A stretch of 64,000 nt of DNA from Candidatus Poribacteria bacterium. GTDB taxonomy: Bacteria; Poribacteria; WGA-4E; GCA-2687025. The stretch lies in contig OY762492.1 of assembly GCA_963665845.2 (NCBI GenBank), positions 2,912,001 to 2,976,000 of the forward strand, read 5' to 3'. The position numbers and the translations under genes were made by a program. How positions within the stretch are numbered: the first letter of the stretch is position 1; the number at the start of each line of letters is the position of its first letter. The notes under the pieces are model-generated. The model was given only the letters and a program-made list of their open reading frames with translations, had not been told where the DNA came from and searched no databases. Shown piece after piece: positions 38,794-48,481 of the stretch.

Positions 38794-40450
38794 ACTGCTC
38801 ATGGCGGCGGTTGCGGGAATGTCCGCTCTCTATGCCGCCGCGTTCGACGCCCCCGCCGGCTTCGACTTCGTGGATCCAGCCGACCTGGACGAGTGGGTCG
38901 AAGACGGGCTGATACAGGAAGACGAACGCGCCCAGCTGCTTGAGTGGATCGACGACCCGCTCGACTTAAACCGCGCGGAGATGGATGAGCTGAGGCTGCT
39001 GCCGTTTGTGGATGAATCGCTTGCGGAGGAGATCAACGCGGCGCGCCGAGAAAAGCCGTTTGAATCGCTCAACGACCTAGAGCGCGTCCGCGGACTGCAG
39101 AGCCGTCTAAACATGATCCTGCCCTTTGTAACGGTACCTTCCTATCGGTCTAGCGGGCGCATTCGTCAGCGGCTTTCCGATACGCAGAACGACGCGGCGC
39201 CCGCCCAGATGTACGGCTATCTTCGCCTGAACCCGACGCCGAACGCGGTTGTCGGTCTTGCGCACAGGGCGGGAGGCTCCAGGCGCGCCGTTTGGGACGC
39301 GGACGCGTCCATCGTTCGTCCGCTTGAACCGGCGCGCCTCTCCCGCGGATACGTCGCATGGAGCGGGGAGGGGGCGGTTCAACGGCTGATTGTCGGCGAC
39401 TACTCTGTCGGAAGCGGGCTTGGGCTGATTCTGAACAGCGCGCGGCTCCGTTATCCTACCGGCGCGCGGCCGAACGACAGCTCGCTTCCGCGCGAACGGG
39501 GAGCCGCCGCGGAAGCGCGCCTCGGCAGGTTCAACGCGCTCGCTTTCGTCTCTCGAAACAGCCTCTCCGATTCGCTTCCGCCGGATATAACTGGGCTGGC
39601 GGACGATGAAACGGTTGAAAACGCCCTTTACCGCGATCTGATTGGAGCGCGCGTTGAATCGGAAACGAAGGGCTGGCGGTTTGGAGCGGCCGCGGCGGCG
39701 CATCGCTATCAACCGAAGGCGGGGCAGATCCTCAACGAAACGGCGCGAACAGGCGCGGCGCTCGACTTTGACGGACGCATTCGTCAAACGCGCTGGCGCG
39801 GCGAAGCGGCGTACGCCAACGCGCCCGCCGGCTGGACGGAGCTGCTGACCCGTTCCAAGACCGCTTCCGCCCGAATCGCTTTTTACGCGCTGCCGACCGA
39901 GTTTGAAAGCCCTCGCGGTTCCGCCCGACCCGACAGGCGCGGCATACTCGCCCGCGCCGCGTTCTATTTTAGCAGCGGAGCCAGAATCGGTTTTCAAATG
40001 AACGGCGAGAAGCAAATCTCCACCGCAGTATCGTCGCAGTCGGCGAGCGCATGGACGGCCGCGCCAATTGGACGTATCATAACGGCGGGAATTGTTGTAC
40101 GATGGCGCGACCGAGACCTGTTGATCGACAACGAAACGGAATGGAGAACGACCGAATGGGCGGCAGCCGCGTTTCAAAACTGGCGCGTATCGATGCAATG
40201 GACGCAGGAAAACGGCATGGCTCCGTCCCTCTTGACGCGGGTCGACTGGCGCGCCGTCAGGGGTTTCGTTTGCGGCGCGCGCGTCAAAACGGAAGGCTCC
40301 CGTTTCGCGCTGCGCGAGCTTTCTGGGTATGCGTCGCTATGGTCAAGAGGCTCATGGCGGTGCCGACCCGTTTGGACCCGCCGATGGAGCGGGTCGGGCG
40401 CCTCCAACCGCGCCGTTTTAACGTTCGATGCGCGATGGGGTTCGCCTTGA
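38783..40450 (+). CDS. Helix-hairpin-helix (ComEA-like) domain protein with a predicted outer-membrane beta-barrel
   Basis: PLDLNRA..DELRLLP..PFESLNDLERVRG, LIVGDY..G.GL, alternating beta strands ending in W. Confidence 0.8.
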   Translation: MRLRLLMAAVAGMSALYAAAFDAPAGFDFVDPADLDEWVEDGLIQEDERAQLLEWIDDPLDLNRAEMDELRLLPFVDESLAEEINAARREKPFESLNDLERVRGLQSRLNMILPFVTVPSYRSSGRIRQRLSDTQNDAAPAQMYGYLRLNPTPNAVVGLAHRAGGSRRAVWDADASIVRPLEPARLSRGYVAWSGEGAVQRLIVGDYSVGSGLGLILNSARLRYPTGARPNDSSLPRERGAAAEARLGRFNALAFVSRNSLSDSLPPDITGLADDETVENALYRDLIGARVESETKGWRFGAAAAAHRYQPKAGQILNETARTGAALDFDGRIRQTRWRGEAAYANAPAGWTELLTRSKTASARIAFYALPTEFESPRGSARPDRRGILARAAFYFSSGARIGFQMNGEKQISTAVSSQSASAWTAAPIGRIITAGIVVRWRDRDLLIDNETEWRTTEWAAAAFQNWRVSMQWTQENGMAPSLLTRVDWRAVRGFVCGARVKTEGSRFALRELSGYASLWSRGSWRCRPVWTRRWSGSGASNRAVLTFDARWGSP

Positions 40451-41349
40451 CGATGGCGTGCGCGGCGGTCGCGTTTGCGTCGGCTCAAACGGTTCAGCAG
40501 CCCGTGGAATGGATCGCCGCGGTCGTGAACGGCGAACCGATCGCATGGTCGGAATTGAAGCTGGAGATGACCCTTCAAAAACGGGACATAGAGAACCCGG
40601 CGGCTCAGCGCGCCGCGCTTGACCAGCTCATTCATCAGCGGCTCATACTGCAGGGCGCGCGGGAGATTGTGTTGATTGAGGATTGGCAGGTTGAGCGGGA
40701 GTATCGGCGGCAGACGGCGCTTTTGCGCCCGTTTCTGAACGCGGGCGCGTCGCCGGAGGAGCTGCGGGAACGCATCAAAAATGAGATGATCGCCGAGGAG
40801 TTTATACGGCGCATCGTCAAACGCTCCCTCTCCAACGTCAGCGCCGAAAGGGTCAAAAGCAGGTTCGATGAAAATCCAGCTCTCTACGCCGAACCGGCGG
40901 CGTACCGCCTTGTTTTCATGGATGTGGAGCTGCCGCCGCAGGCGACGAACGAGCAGCGCGAACAGGCGCTTGCATGGATCGACGCCGTTCGGCAAAATCC
41001 GCTTGACGAGACATATGCGGACGCATTGCCGGAGCCGCTTCATGCGTCCGCCCCGTACGGCTCTGACCGATGGATCGAAGCGGACCGCATGGATCCTGAA
41101 TTGCGGCGCGCCATCGACCGCCTTCAGCCAAAAGAATGGAGCGCGGCGATCGTCACGCCGCTGGGTTACTCGATCATGCGCGTCGCCGAGCGGAGAGAAG
41201 CGAGCCTGCCGGTCTTAGACGAGCGCGCGCGAAGCGTTATCCGCGTTGAATTGGCGGCGCTGGACTGGATTGAAAACGAAAAAGAACGTTCAAATATATG
41301 GATACTGGACATCAAGATTGATCAAAAGGAGCGAACTCATCAGAGATAA
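40435..41349 (+). CDS. SurA-like periplasmic chaperone / parvulin PPIase
   Basis: IAAVVNGEPI..SEL, LDQLI..RL, S..I.TPLGY.I. Confidence 0.8.
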   Translation: MGFALTMACAAVAFASAQTVQQPVEWIAAVVNGEPIAWSELKLEMTLQKRDIENPAAQRAALDQLIHQRLILQGAREIVLIEDWQVEREYRRQTALLRPFLNAGASPEELRERIKNEMIAEEFIRRIVKRSLSNVSAERVKSRFDENPALYAEPAAYRLVFMDVELPPQATNEQREQALAWIDAVRQNPLDETYADALPEPLHASAPYGSDRWIEADRMDPELRRAIDRLQPKEWSAAIVTPLGYSIMRVAERREASLPVLDERARSVIRVELAALDWIENEKERSNIWILDIKIDQKERTHQR

Positions 41350-42325
41350 ATCGACACCACGCGCCGCGCGGTTCTGGACGGCGGCGGTTCTCCTGCTGGG
41401 GCTGCCGTTCGCCGCTTTTGCCTCCTTTACGGCGCCTCCAAACGGGGCGCGCCCGCTTGGAATGGGAACCGCTTTCACCGCTGTCGCGGACGACGCGAAC
41501 GCCCCGCTTTACAACCCTGCGGGCGGCGCCGACGGAAGTTATCATCTCGCGTTCACGCGCGCGGCGTATTTCTCCGGACCTGTTAGTCCCCTAGTGGCGC
41601 ATGACGCCGCGCTCATCGCCGCGCCGCTCGCGGGCGGAACGCTCAACGCGGGCGCCTCCAGTTTATCGGACGCAAACGGCGTCTACCGCGAAACGGCGCT
41701 TCTTGTCGGATACGCCCGTCGCCTCGCGCAGGGGCTGGACGCCGGTTTTCTGTTGAAACGGCTCCAGACAGGAGTCGACAGCTCGCTGCCGGATGTGGCG
41801 CAAAACCCGTATTTTGAAGAAAAAACAAGCGCCTCCGCCTTCACCGCGGATGTCGGTCTCTTGGCGGAACCGGCGGACGGATGGACAATCGGCTTGGCTG
41901 GACAAAACATCGTTCCCGCCGATCTGTCGTTTAAAGAGGCGCAGGAGGAAGAGAACGACCGCGCCCCTTCCACCGCGCGCATCGGGACGGCGCTGCGGTT
42001 GAGCGCCATTGCGGAATTCGCTGAACAAGAGGCTGTCCAGAAAATGCTGGCGCGGAGCCTTATCGCGGTCGACGCGGCGTTCGGCGGCGGAACGGCTATT
42101 GGGGCGGGGGCTGAAGTCGGCTTTAGCGACGCATTCGCAGCGCGCGTCGGGTATCGATACGACGCCGGCGACGGACGCCTCGCCGCCGGTTCCGTCTCCG
42201 CCGGCGCGACCATCGCTTTCCATTTTGGGACGGCGGTCGCGTCGGTCGATTACGCGGTCGCCTTTTCAAACAACGAACTGGAAGACAGCGCGAGCCAGCG
42301 CGTCTCTCTCCGCGCTCGATTTTAA
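41318..42325 (+). CDS. PorV/PorP-like outer-membrane beta-barrel protein (start uncertain)
   Basis: GARPLGMGTAFTAVADDANAPLYNPAG, VDYA, C-terminal F. Confidence 0.82.
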   Translation: MIKRSELIRDKSTPRAARFWTAAVLLLGLPFAAFASFTAPPNGARPLGMGTAFTAVADDANAPLYNPAGGADGSYHLAFTRAAYFSGPVSPLVAHDAALIAAPLAGGTLNAGASSLSDANGVYRETALLVGYARRLAQGLDAGFLLKRLQTGVDSSLPDVAQNPYFEEKTSASAFTADVGLLAEPADGWTIGLAGQNIVPADLSFKEAQEEENDRAPSTARIGTALRLSAIAEFAEQEAVQKMLARSLIAVDAAFGGGTAIGAGAEVGFSDAFAARVGYRYDAGDGRLAAGSVSAGATIAFHFGTAVASVDYAVAFSNNELEDSASQRVSLRARF

Positions 42326-42337
42326 AAGGATGTATGT

Positions 42338-43729
42338 ATGAAGCTTCGCGCGTTTTACCGCTTTGGATGCGTCTTGACCGCCGCTCTCTTGGGCATGTCG
42401 GGCGTTTTAAACGGATGGGCGGCGGTCAGCTCCAACGGGGAACTGAACGTACAGGGCGATCCAAGCGGACAGGTTCCGACCGCTTCCGAGCCGACCCTAA
42501 TCCTAACGCTGCTCATCGACCGTTCGCAGGCGGAAGCGGGAGAAGAGGTGAAAAGCGTTGAGCTGACGCTTCCCGCCGGCTTCTCCGTCCGCTCTCCAGA
42601 GTCGGTTGAGGATGTGCTGATTGACGGCGTTTCGGTACCGTTTGAAGCGGTTGTAACGGACGCCTTTATCCGATTTGTTCTGGAGGATGAGATCGACAAC
42701 TTTCAAAGCTCGCTGTTTGAGGCGGTTTTTAAAGTGCGGACGCCCGACCTGCCGCGTAAAGGCGCCCTTTTCCGAGTCAGCCTGCGCAACCTAGAGAACC
42801 TGCAGATCGGGGAGTTTGTGCAGCCGGGCGAAATCGACGGCGATCCGCTCAACAACAACGATTACACGCTGGATGTGATACCGAACACGCCGCCCGCTGT
42901 CCCAACAGGCTTCACCGCGCAAGCCGACCCGACCGGCGAAAACGATGTCCTGCTGAAATGGGAGCGCGTGGACGACCCGGAGGTGCAGGGGTATTTCATC
43001 TACCGCGATGGCGAGCCGATCGATCTGCCTGACCCGAACGCAACGCAGTTTCGAGATGTGAACGTGTCGCCGGGGACGCATTCTTACGCGATTGCGTCCT
43101 ATAAGATACGCATTCTTGCCTCCGCGCTGTCGCCGTCCCGCGCCGTTCTGGTGAAGCCCGACACCCGCGCGCCCGATCCGCCCGCAAACGCCGTTGCCGC
43201 GCAAGCCGCCCAGAATGTGGAGCTGACATGGAGCGCCAGCCCCTCCCCCGACGCGGCGCGTTATGACATCCTCTTCGGCTTGGTCGGCGCAACGCCCGTT
43301 GAGATCGGAAAAGTGGAACCTGAACAGGGCGGCGCGCTGCTCTTCACGCATCACCGCCCGCAGCTGGAGATCGGATGGCTGCGGTATGCAGTCGTCGCGG
43401 TGGACGAGGCGGGGAATCGATCGGAACCGGCGGAGGCGCGGCTGCCCAGTTTTGCGGCGCCGTTTCCGAACCCGTTCACCCCCCTTGGTTCCGCGCCGTT
43501 TCATCAGGCAACCTTCCCAAGACGCGCGCTGAACGCCGCGGAAGGCAACCTGATTGTCCGCATCTTTGACCTGCGCGGGCGGGAAGTCTGGACATCCGAG
43601 CCGACCGACGGAAACGCCGTATGGAACGGACGCGACCAAAACGGAACGCTCGCCGCAAACGGAATCTACGTCTACCAAATGCGAATAGGTTTGAACGTCT
43701 CCATCGGAACGATTGTATTGATACGTTAG
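42338..43729 (+). CDS. Exported fibronectin type III protein with a C-terminal FlgD-Ig (T9SS-CTD-like) domain
   Basis: PPAVPTG..LKW..GYFIYR, AVDEAGNRS, PNPFTP..IFDLRG..WNGRDQNG..GIYVY. Confidence 0.85.
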   Translation: MKLRAFYRFGCVLTAALLGMSGVLNGWAAVSSNGELNVQGDPSGQVPTASEPTLILTLLIDRSQAEAGEEVKSVELTLPAGFSVRSPESVEDVLIDGVSVPFEAVVTDAFIRFVLEDEIDNFQSSLFEAVFKVRTPDLPRKGALFRVSLRNLENLQIGEFVQPGEIDGDPLNNNDYTLDVIPNTPPAVPTGFTAQADPTGENDVLLKWERVDDPEVQGYFIYRDGEPIDLPDPNATQFRDVNVSPGTHSYAIASYKIRILASALSPSRAVLVKPDTRAPDPPANAVAAQAAQNVELTWSASPSPDAARYDILFGLVGATPVEIGKVEPEQGGALLFTHHRPQLEIGWLRYAVVAVDEAGNRSEPAEARLPSFAAPFPNPFTPLGSAPFHQATFPRRALNAAEGNLIVRIFDLRGREVWTSEPTDGNAVWNGRDQNGTLAANGIYVYQMRIGLNVSIGTIVLIR

Positions 43730-43733
43730 GAGA

Positions 43734-44024
43734 TGATCTCATGCATAAAGTTGAGACATTTGAACGAATAATCGATCTATTTATGGGAAAAAGACGCCGC
43801 CAACCAGACCGTTCCCCGCTTCCGCGAGGACATGCATTCCGCGTAAGCGGGAATCTAGAGGCGCCGCAGAAAACGTCCGCGTTTGCCAAGCAGAATGTCC
43901 CAACTAAAGACACAAAGACGCCGCCAACTAGACCGTCATTCCCGCGTAAGCGGGAATCTAGAGGCGCCGCAGAAAACGTCCGCGTTTGCCAAGCAGAATG
44001 TCCCAACTAAAGACACAAGATCAG
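43734..44024. repeat. Family-D element with a duplicated right half
   Basis: CATGCATAAAGTTGAGACAT start. CGTAAGCGGGAATCTAGAGGCGCC...ATGTCCCAACTAAAGACACA twice. Confidence 0.85.
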
Positions 44025-44038
44025 GTTAGGAGAGAACG

Positions 44039-45118
44039 ATGAGAGTTGGAGTGGTCGGATGCGGAGGAATGGGGCGACACCATCTGGGCGTCCTGAAGGG
44101 GCTGCCGACGTTTGAGATCGCGGCGGTGTGCGACATCTCGCCTAAAGCGGCTCAAAACGCGGCGGAAGCGTTTCAAGCAAAACCTTACGCCAACGCGGGC
44201 GACATGTGCGATTCCGAATCGCTTGACCTTGTTTCTGTCGCGACGCAGACGCGAGGGCATCTGGAGCCGAGTATCGCCGCCTTGACGCGGGGCGTTTCCG
44301 TCTTATGCGAAAAGCCGATCGCCATTGATCTTGCCGAGGCGGACGCCATGGTGGAGGCGGCGGAGAAGTCGGGCGCCAAGCTGGCGGTACATCAACAGAA
44401 CCATGTGCATCCCGGCATCCGCAAGGGGCTTGAGCTGGTGGAAAGCGGGGATGTCGGCGAGGTTATCGTTGTGCGCGGACGCAACAAGGGCGGTCGGAAA
44501 AGCGGCAACGAGTTCATGGAGATGGGAACGCACATCGCCGATATGATGATGCGTTTCGGCGGAGAGCCGCGGTGGTGCGCAGGCGTCGTCATGCATGAAA
44601 ACAGGCTCGCGCAGCCGCAGGATGTCATGGAAGCGAAGGAGATGTCGCCCAGAGACCGCGATTCAGGTCTCGTTCTCGGATCAAGAGCCGCCGCCGATTA
44701 CGAGTTCGACAACGGCATTCTCGGCGAGATACGGTTCACCGACTACGCCAAGACGAACAACCACAACTACGGCGTCGACATATTTGGCTCAACGGGTCAG
44801 CTCGCGGTGCGAACCAGCGGCGACCTGTCCGAAAGCCTGTGGCGTTTGCCGCGGGCGATGGAGGGGCGCCCAAGCGAACTCGGCAGCTGGGAGCGGGTCG
44901 AACTGCCGAACCCGCGCAACCCGATTGAAACGATGTATCTTGAATACGCCAAGGCGCTGGAGCGCGGGACAGATCCGCCGTGCGACGGCGTCAGGGGGCG
45001 GTGGGCGTTGGAGATGATCATGGCGATCTACGCCTCTCACATGGAGGAGGGGCGGCGCGTTCCCATGCCGCTGAAGGAACGGCGCCATCCGCTGGAGACG
45101 TGGCGCTCTATGCAGTGA
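44039..45118 (+). CDS. Gfo/Idh/MocA family oxidoreductase
   Basis: VGVVGCGGMG, VLCEKP, MGTH..D. Confidence 0.92.
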   Translation: MRVGVVGCGGMGRHHLGVLKGLPTFEIAAVCDISPKAAQNAAEAFQAKPYANAGDMCDSESLDLVSVATQTRGHLEPSIAALTRGVSVLCEKPIAIDLAEADAMVEAAEKSGAKLAVHQQNHVHPGIRKGLELVESGDVGEVIVVRGRNKGGRKSGNEFMEMGTHIADMMMRFGGEPRWCAGVVMHENRLAQPQDVMEAKEMSPRDRDSGLVLGSRAAADYEFDNGILGEIRFTDYAKTNNHNYGVDIFGSTGQLAVRTSGDLSESLWRLPRAMEGRPSELGSWERVELPNPRNPIETMYLEYAKALERGTDPPCDGVRGRWALEMIMAIYASHMEEGRRVPMPLKERRHPLETWRSMQ

Positions 45119-45198
45119 GGCTCCATGCCGCGTTCGATTCCCCCCTTGAAAAGGGGGCTAGGGGGGTTTAAAGGAGGGGCGCGCCTTGCGCTTGGTTT

Positions 45199-45321
45199 TG
45201 AACTAAGATTTTCAGGATTTATAGGATTTTCAAGATTTGGAGTTGCGGGCATGTCGCAGGCGGCGTGTCAGTTTTCGGCAATTCTCCTGCCAATCGTTTC
45301 AATCATGCAAATCTTAGTTCA
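45199..45321. repeat. Family-C miniature inverted-repeat element
   Basis: TGAACTAAGAT...ATCTTAGTTCA, with a compensatory change relative to 22614-22703. Confidence 0.78.
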
Positions 45322-45324
45322 AAC

Positions 45325-45790
45325 AGCAGACGGTTTCGGACCGCCTCTGGATTCCCGCGCGTTTTACCGCAGGGGCGGAAATGACGCTTTTTGCTGAACG
45401 CGGACGATTCCGAATAAGACTCTGGATTCCCGCTTGCGCGGGAATGACGTCCGGCGGGATGACGCTTTTTGCCAAACGCGGACGATTCCGAATAAGACTC
45501 TGGATTCCCGCTTGCGCGGGAATGACGCCGGGCGCTATGGACGCCTGAAGCGAGCGCAGACGGTTTCGGACCGCCTCTGGATGCCCGCGCGTTTTACCGC
45601 AGGGGCGGAAATGACGCTTTTTGCTGAACGCGGACGATTCCGAATAAGACTCTGGATTCCCGCTTGCGCGGGAATGACGTCCGGCGGGATAACGCTTTTT
45701 GCTGAACGCGGACGATTCCGAATAAGACTCTGGATTCCCGCGCGTTTTACCGCAGGGCGGGAATGCATGCCCTCGCGGAAGCGGGGGACG
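45325..45790. repeat. BIME-like tandem array of family-A palindromes with constant linkers
   Basis: ACGCGGACGATTCCGAATAAGACTCTGGATTCCCGC x4, alternating palindrome variants. Confidence 0.85.
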
Positions 45791-45872
45791 AACCGGGGCG
45801 CGGAAAGCGCGCTTGACAGAATAAGGCAGACAGCGCATGATACTCCCGCAGGGCAAGCGAGAGGATGCGGGC

Positions 45873-47420
45873 ATGGCGCTCAAACCGAACAGGCTTTATT
45901 ACGGCGACTGCCTCGATTGGATGGAGCAGTGGGAAGACAACTGCGTCGACCTGATCTACTTAGACCCGCCCTTCAACAGCAAGACAAACTACAACATGCT
46001 CTTCGCCGGGCTGGACGACGAGGAGGTGCAATACCGCGCCTTTACCGACACATGGAGCTGGAACGACGCCGCCGGCGAACGGTACGGCGCCTACGAAGCC
46101 GCGGTTGGGCGTCCGGGACGCGGCGCCGTCGTCGGCTTATACCAAATTCTAGGCGGCTGCGGCATGATCGCGTATTTGACCTACATGGCGGAGCGGCTGG
46201 CAGAAATGCAGCGCATCCTGAAACCGACAGGCTCCATCTACCTCCACTGCGACCCGACCGCAAGCCACTACCTTAAAATCGTCATGGACGACATCTTCGG
46301 CAAGGAAAATTTCCGCAACGAGATCGTTTGGGTAAGGGATCCGGCAGGCAAGGGCGCAAAACGGAGGAGCAGGCAGTGGCCCCGCAACTACGACGAAATT
46401 TTGATGTACTCAAAAAGCGAACGCCACATTTTCGAGCAGCAATACACATCGCTCAGCGAATCGCAGAAGAAGGCTTACAGATATGAAGACGCGCGAGGGC
46501 GGTATAAAGCCGTACAAAAAGGCGATTATTCAGACGCGAGTATGGCGAGGTTCCGCAGCGAAGACAAAGTTCACACTTCCAAAACAGGCAAGGAGTATAT
46601 CAAGTACTACTTGCATGAGGCTAAAGCCGCTTTGGGAAGCGTGTGGACAGATATTTACGGCTTTGGAACGAAAACCGCTTCCAAAGAGCGTCTAGGTTAT
46701 GCCACGCAAAAACCGCTCGCGCTCCTGGAGCGGATTGTCAAGGCGTCGTCGAACGAGGGCGATCTGGTGTTGGATCCGTTTTGCGGCTGCGGCACGGCGA
46801 TAGAGGCTGCCCACCTCCTGAAGCGGCAGTGGGCGGGCATCGACATCTCTTCCTTCGCTATCGACCTGATACGGCGCGAGCGTCCGCATCTCAAAACCCT
46901 GAACATTCAAGCGGAGCGCATCCCGAAAAACATGCGGGACGCGCATGCGCTGGCGCGCGGCAACCGCCTTGCGTTTGAGGCATGGGCGGTTGATCGTCTG
47001 CCAGGATTCGCGCCGAACACGAAGCAAACAGGCGACAAGGGCGTTGATGGACGCGGAAGGTTGGCGCATGACCCCGACAATTTCGATTCTCGGCTGGCGT
47101 TGGCGCAGGTGAAAAGCGGCGCGAAAGTGTCGCCGAGCGACCTGCGCGACTTCATCGGTACGATGGATATTCAGAAAGCCGCCCTCGGCCGCTTCATCAC
47201 GCTGGAGCCTGTTACGTCAGGCGACATGCATAAAGACGCCGCCAGCCTCGGCAACATCTCGATTCTTGGCGAGTCTTATCCGCGCCTCAAGATATGGTCA
47301 ATCCAAGATTATTTCAATCATCAACCGCCGATGCTGCCGGACATGATGAACCCGTATAAGCGCGGGGCGGTCATGGATGCAAAGCAGCAGCATATGGTTT
47401 TTAATCTACGGGAATCCTAG
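45873..47420 (+). CDS. N6/N4 DNA methyltransferase fused to an Mrr-like domain (paralogue of 42-1625)
   Basis: LYYGDCL, DLIYLDPPF, TQKPLALLERIV, LDPFCGCGT, GDKGVDG..LAQVK. Confidence 0.9.
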   Translation: MALKPNRLYYGDCLDWMEQWEDNCVDLIYLDPPFNSKTNYNMLFAGLDDEEVQYRAFTDTWSWNDAAGERYGAYEAAVGRPGRGAVVGLYQILGGCGMIAYLTYMAERLAEMQRILKPTGSIYLHCDPTASHYLKIVMDDIFGKENFRNEIVWVRDPAGKGAKRRSRQWPRNYDEILMYSKSERHIFEQQYTSLSESQKKAYRYEDARGRYKAVQKGDYSDASMARFRSEDKVHTSKTGKEYIKYYLHEAKAALGSVWTDIYGFGTKTASKERLGYATQKPLALLERIVKASSNEGDLVLDPFCGCGTAIEAAHLLKRQWAGIDISSFAIDLIRRERPHLKTLNIQAERIPKNMRDAHALARGNRLAFEAWAVDRLPGFAPNTKQTGDKGVDGRGRLAHDPDNFDSRLALAQVKSGAKVSPSDLRDFIGTMDIQKAALGRFITLEPVTSGDMHKDAASLGNISILGESYPRLKIWSIQDYFNHQPPMLPDMMNPYKRGAVMDAKQQHMVFNLRES

Positions 47421-47440
47421 ACGACGGGAGCGCTGACGCT

Positions 47441-48262
47441 TTAACCTTTTGAAAAATGGCGCGCGTCCCCGTAGATCACTGGACAAACATTTTCGTCATC
47501 GATAAACTGCGACAAGCCCGCCCGTTTCCCCCCGACCGGGCGCGATTTCTCCGTCCGCATATGAACCGCAAAGCTGCGCCGCGGCTCGCCGGATACGTTT
47601 CTCCCGCTGGCATGCAGCGTCAAATGGTGGTGAAAACTGACGCCTCCCGCCGGAAGCAGCGCCGGCGCCTCCTCCCAGACGGCGCCTTCAGGGAGTCCGA
47701 TCTGCCCGCGCTGGGCGTCATGGTCTTGGTCATGGAAGTTGCCTGCGCCCTCCATGAGACCCCAGCGGTGCGACCCGCGCACAAAGCGCATCGGACCGCA
47801 CCGCTCCGTCACATCGGTGAGCGCAATCCATGCGGTCAGCAGTTCGCTTCCCTCTTCCCAGACGCGCCAGTAATGGCGATCCTGATGCCAGCCGATATTG
47901 GTCGCCGCCGGCTCATCGGCGGGGATGGACGGCTTGATGAGCATCTGAACCCACCAGACCTGAACCGCCTTCGCCCCTGTGATTTCTGCCGCCGCCCGCC
48001 CCACTTCCGGATGCCCGACCGCTTTCAAGACGGCGCGGTTCGCCATTTGCGGCATTTCGATCTTCACCAGTTTTTTCGGGTCGTCCCCTGGTTTCCATGG
48101 GGAGGGCTGCGGCGCGCGCCCCGTGTCATATTCGCCGCGGCAGATCGCCTTCTGCCCCTCAACCGCCGCCGAAACCTCCGCCGGCGTCAGCAGCGGCGCC
48201 GTATGTAAAGCGAACCCGTCCGTTTCATACTGCCCGCGCGTGATCATATCTTTCTCTTTCAT
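47441..48262 (-). CDS. Phytanoyl-CoA dioxygenase (PhyH) family protein
   Basis: WHQD, TAWIAL, GSH.WG, LHASG.N..PRR. Confidence 0.92.
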   Translation of the reverse strand: MKEKDMITRGQYETDGFALHTAPLLTPAEVSAAVEGQKAICRGEYDTGRAPQPSPWKPGDDPKKLVKIEMPQMANRAVLKAVGHPEVGRAAAEITGAKAVQVWWVQMLIKPSIPADEPAATNIGWHQDRHYWRVWEEGSELLTAWIALTDVTERCGPMRFVRGSHRWGLMEGAGNFHDQDHDAQRGQIGLPEGAVWEEAPALLPAGGVSFHHHLTLHASGRNVSGEPRRSFAVHMRTEKSRPVGGKRAGLSQFIDDENVCPVIYGDARHFSKG

Positions 48263-48263
48263 T

Positions 48264-48479
48264 GGTAATACGCCCATGCGGAATTTTCATTTTTTAACCT
48301 TAAAGTGTCCGCGCCGCCGGTCGTCATTCCCGCGCCCCACTTCCTGTCATTCCCGCGCCCCACTTCCTGTCATTCCCGCGCCCCACTTCCTGTCATTCCC
48401 GCGTAAGCGGGAATCTTAAAAGATACATCATCATATCAAATGTCATCGGCGCGAATATCTTTATATGAGCATACTATCC
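48264..48479. repeat. Element bounded by family-E inverted ends, containing three 23-bp tandem repeats and a family-A palindrome
   Basis: GGTAATACGCCCAT...ATGAGCATACTATC. GTCATTCCCGCGCCCCACTTCCT x3 at 48323-48391. Confidence 0.75.
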
Positions 48480-48481
48480 TT

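Noticed and set aside
45325-45790. Possible CRISPR array (36-bp unit repeated four times)
   Set aside because: Intervening sequences are themselves repeated palindromes rather than unique spacers, spacing is irregular, and there are no cas genes.
43476-46276. ORFs 43476-44006, 43621-44010, 45314-45883 and 45434-46276 (also 6271-6555 and 20144-20350)
   Set aside because: Translations of repeat DNA (SFPRKRES, VIPAQAGI, LDSRLRGND peptides) rather than genes.
42-47420. Diversity-generating retroelement or invertase shufflon behind MTase variation
   Set aside because: No reverse transcriptase, template/variable repeat pair or site-specific recombinase in the window.
48323-48417. Possible mini-CRISPR
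   Set aside because: Perfect head-to-tail 23-bp tandem of a half family-A repeat with no spacers.
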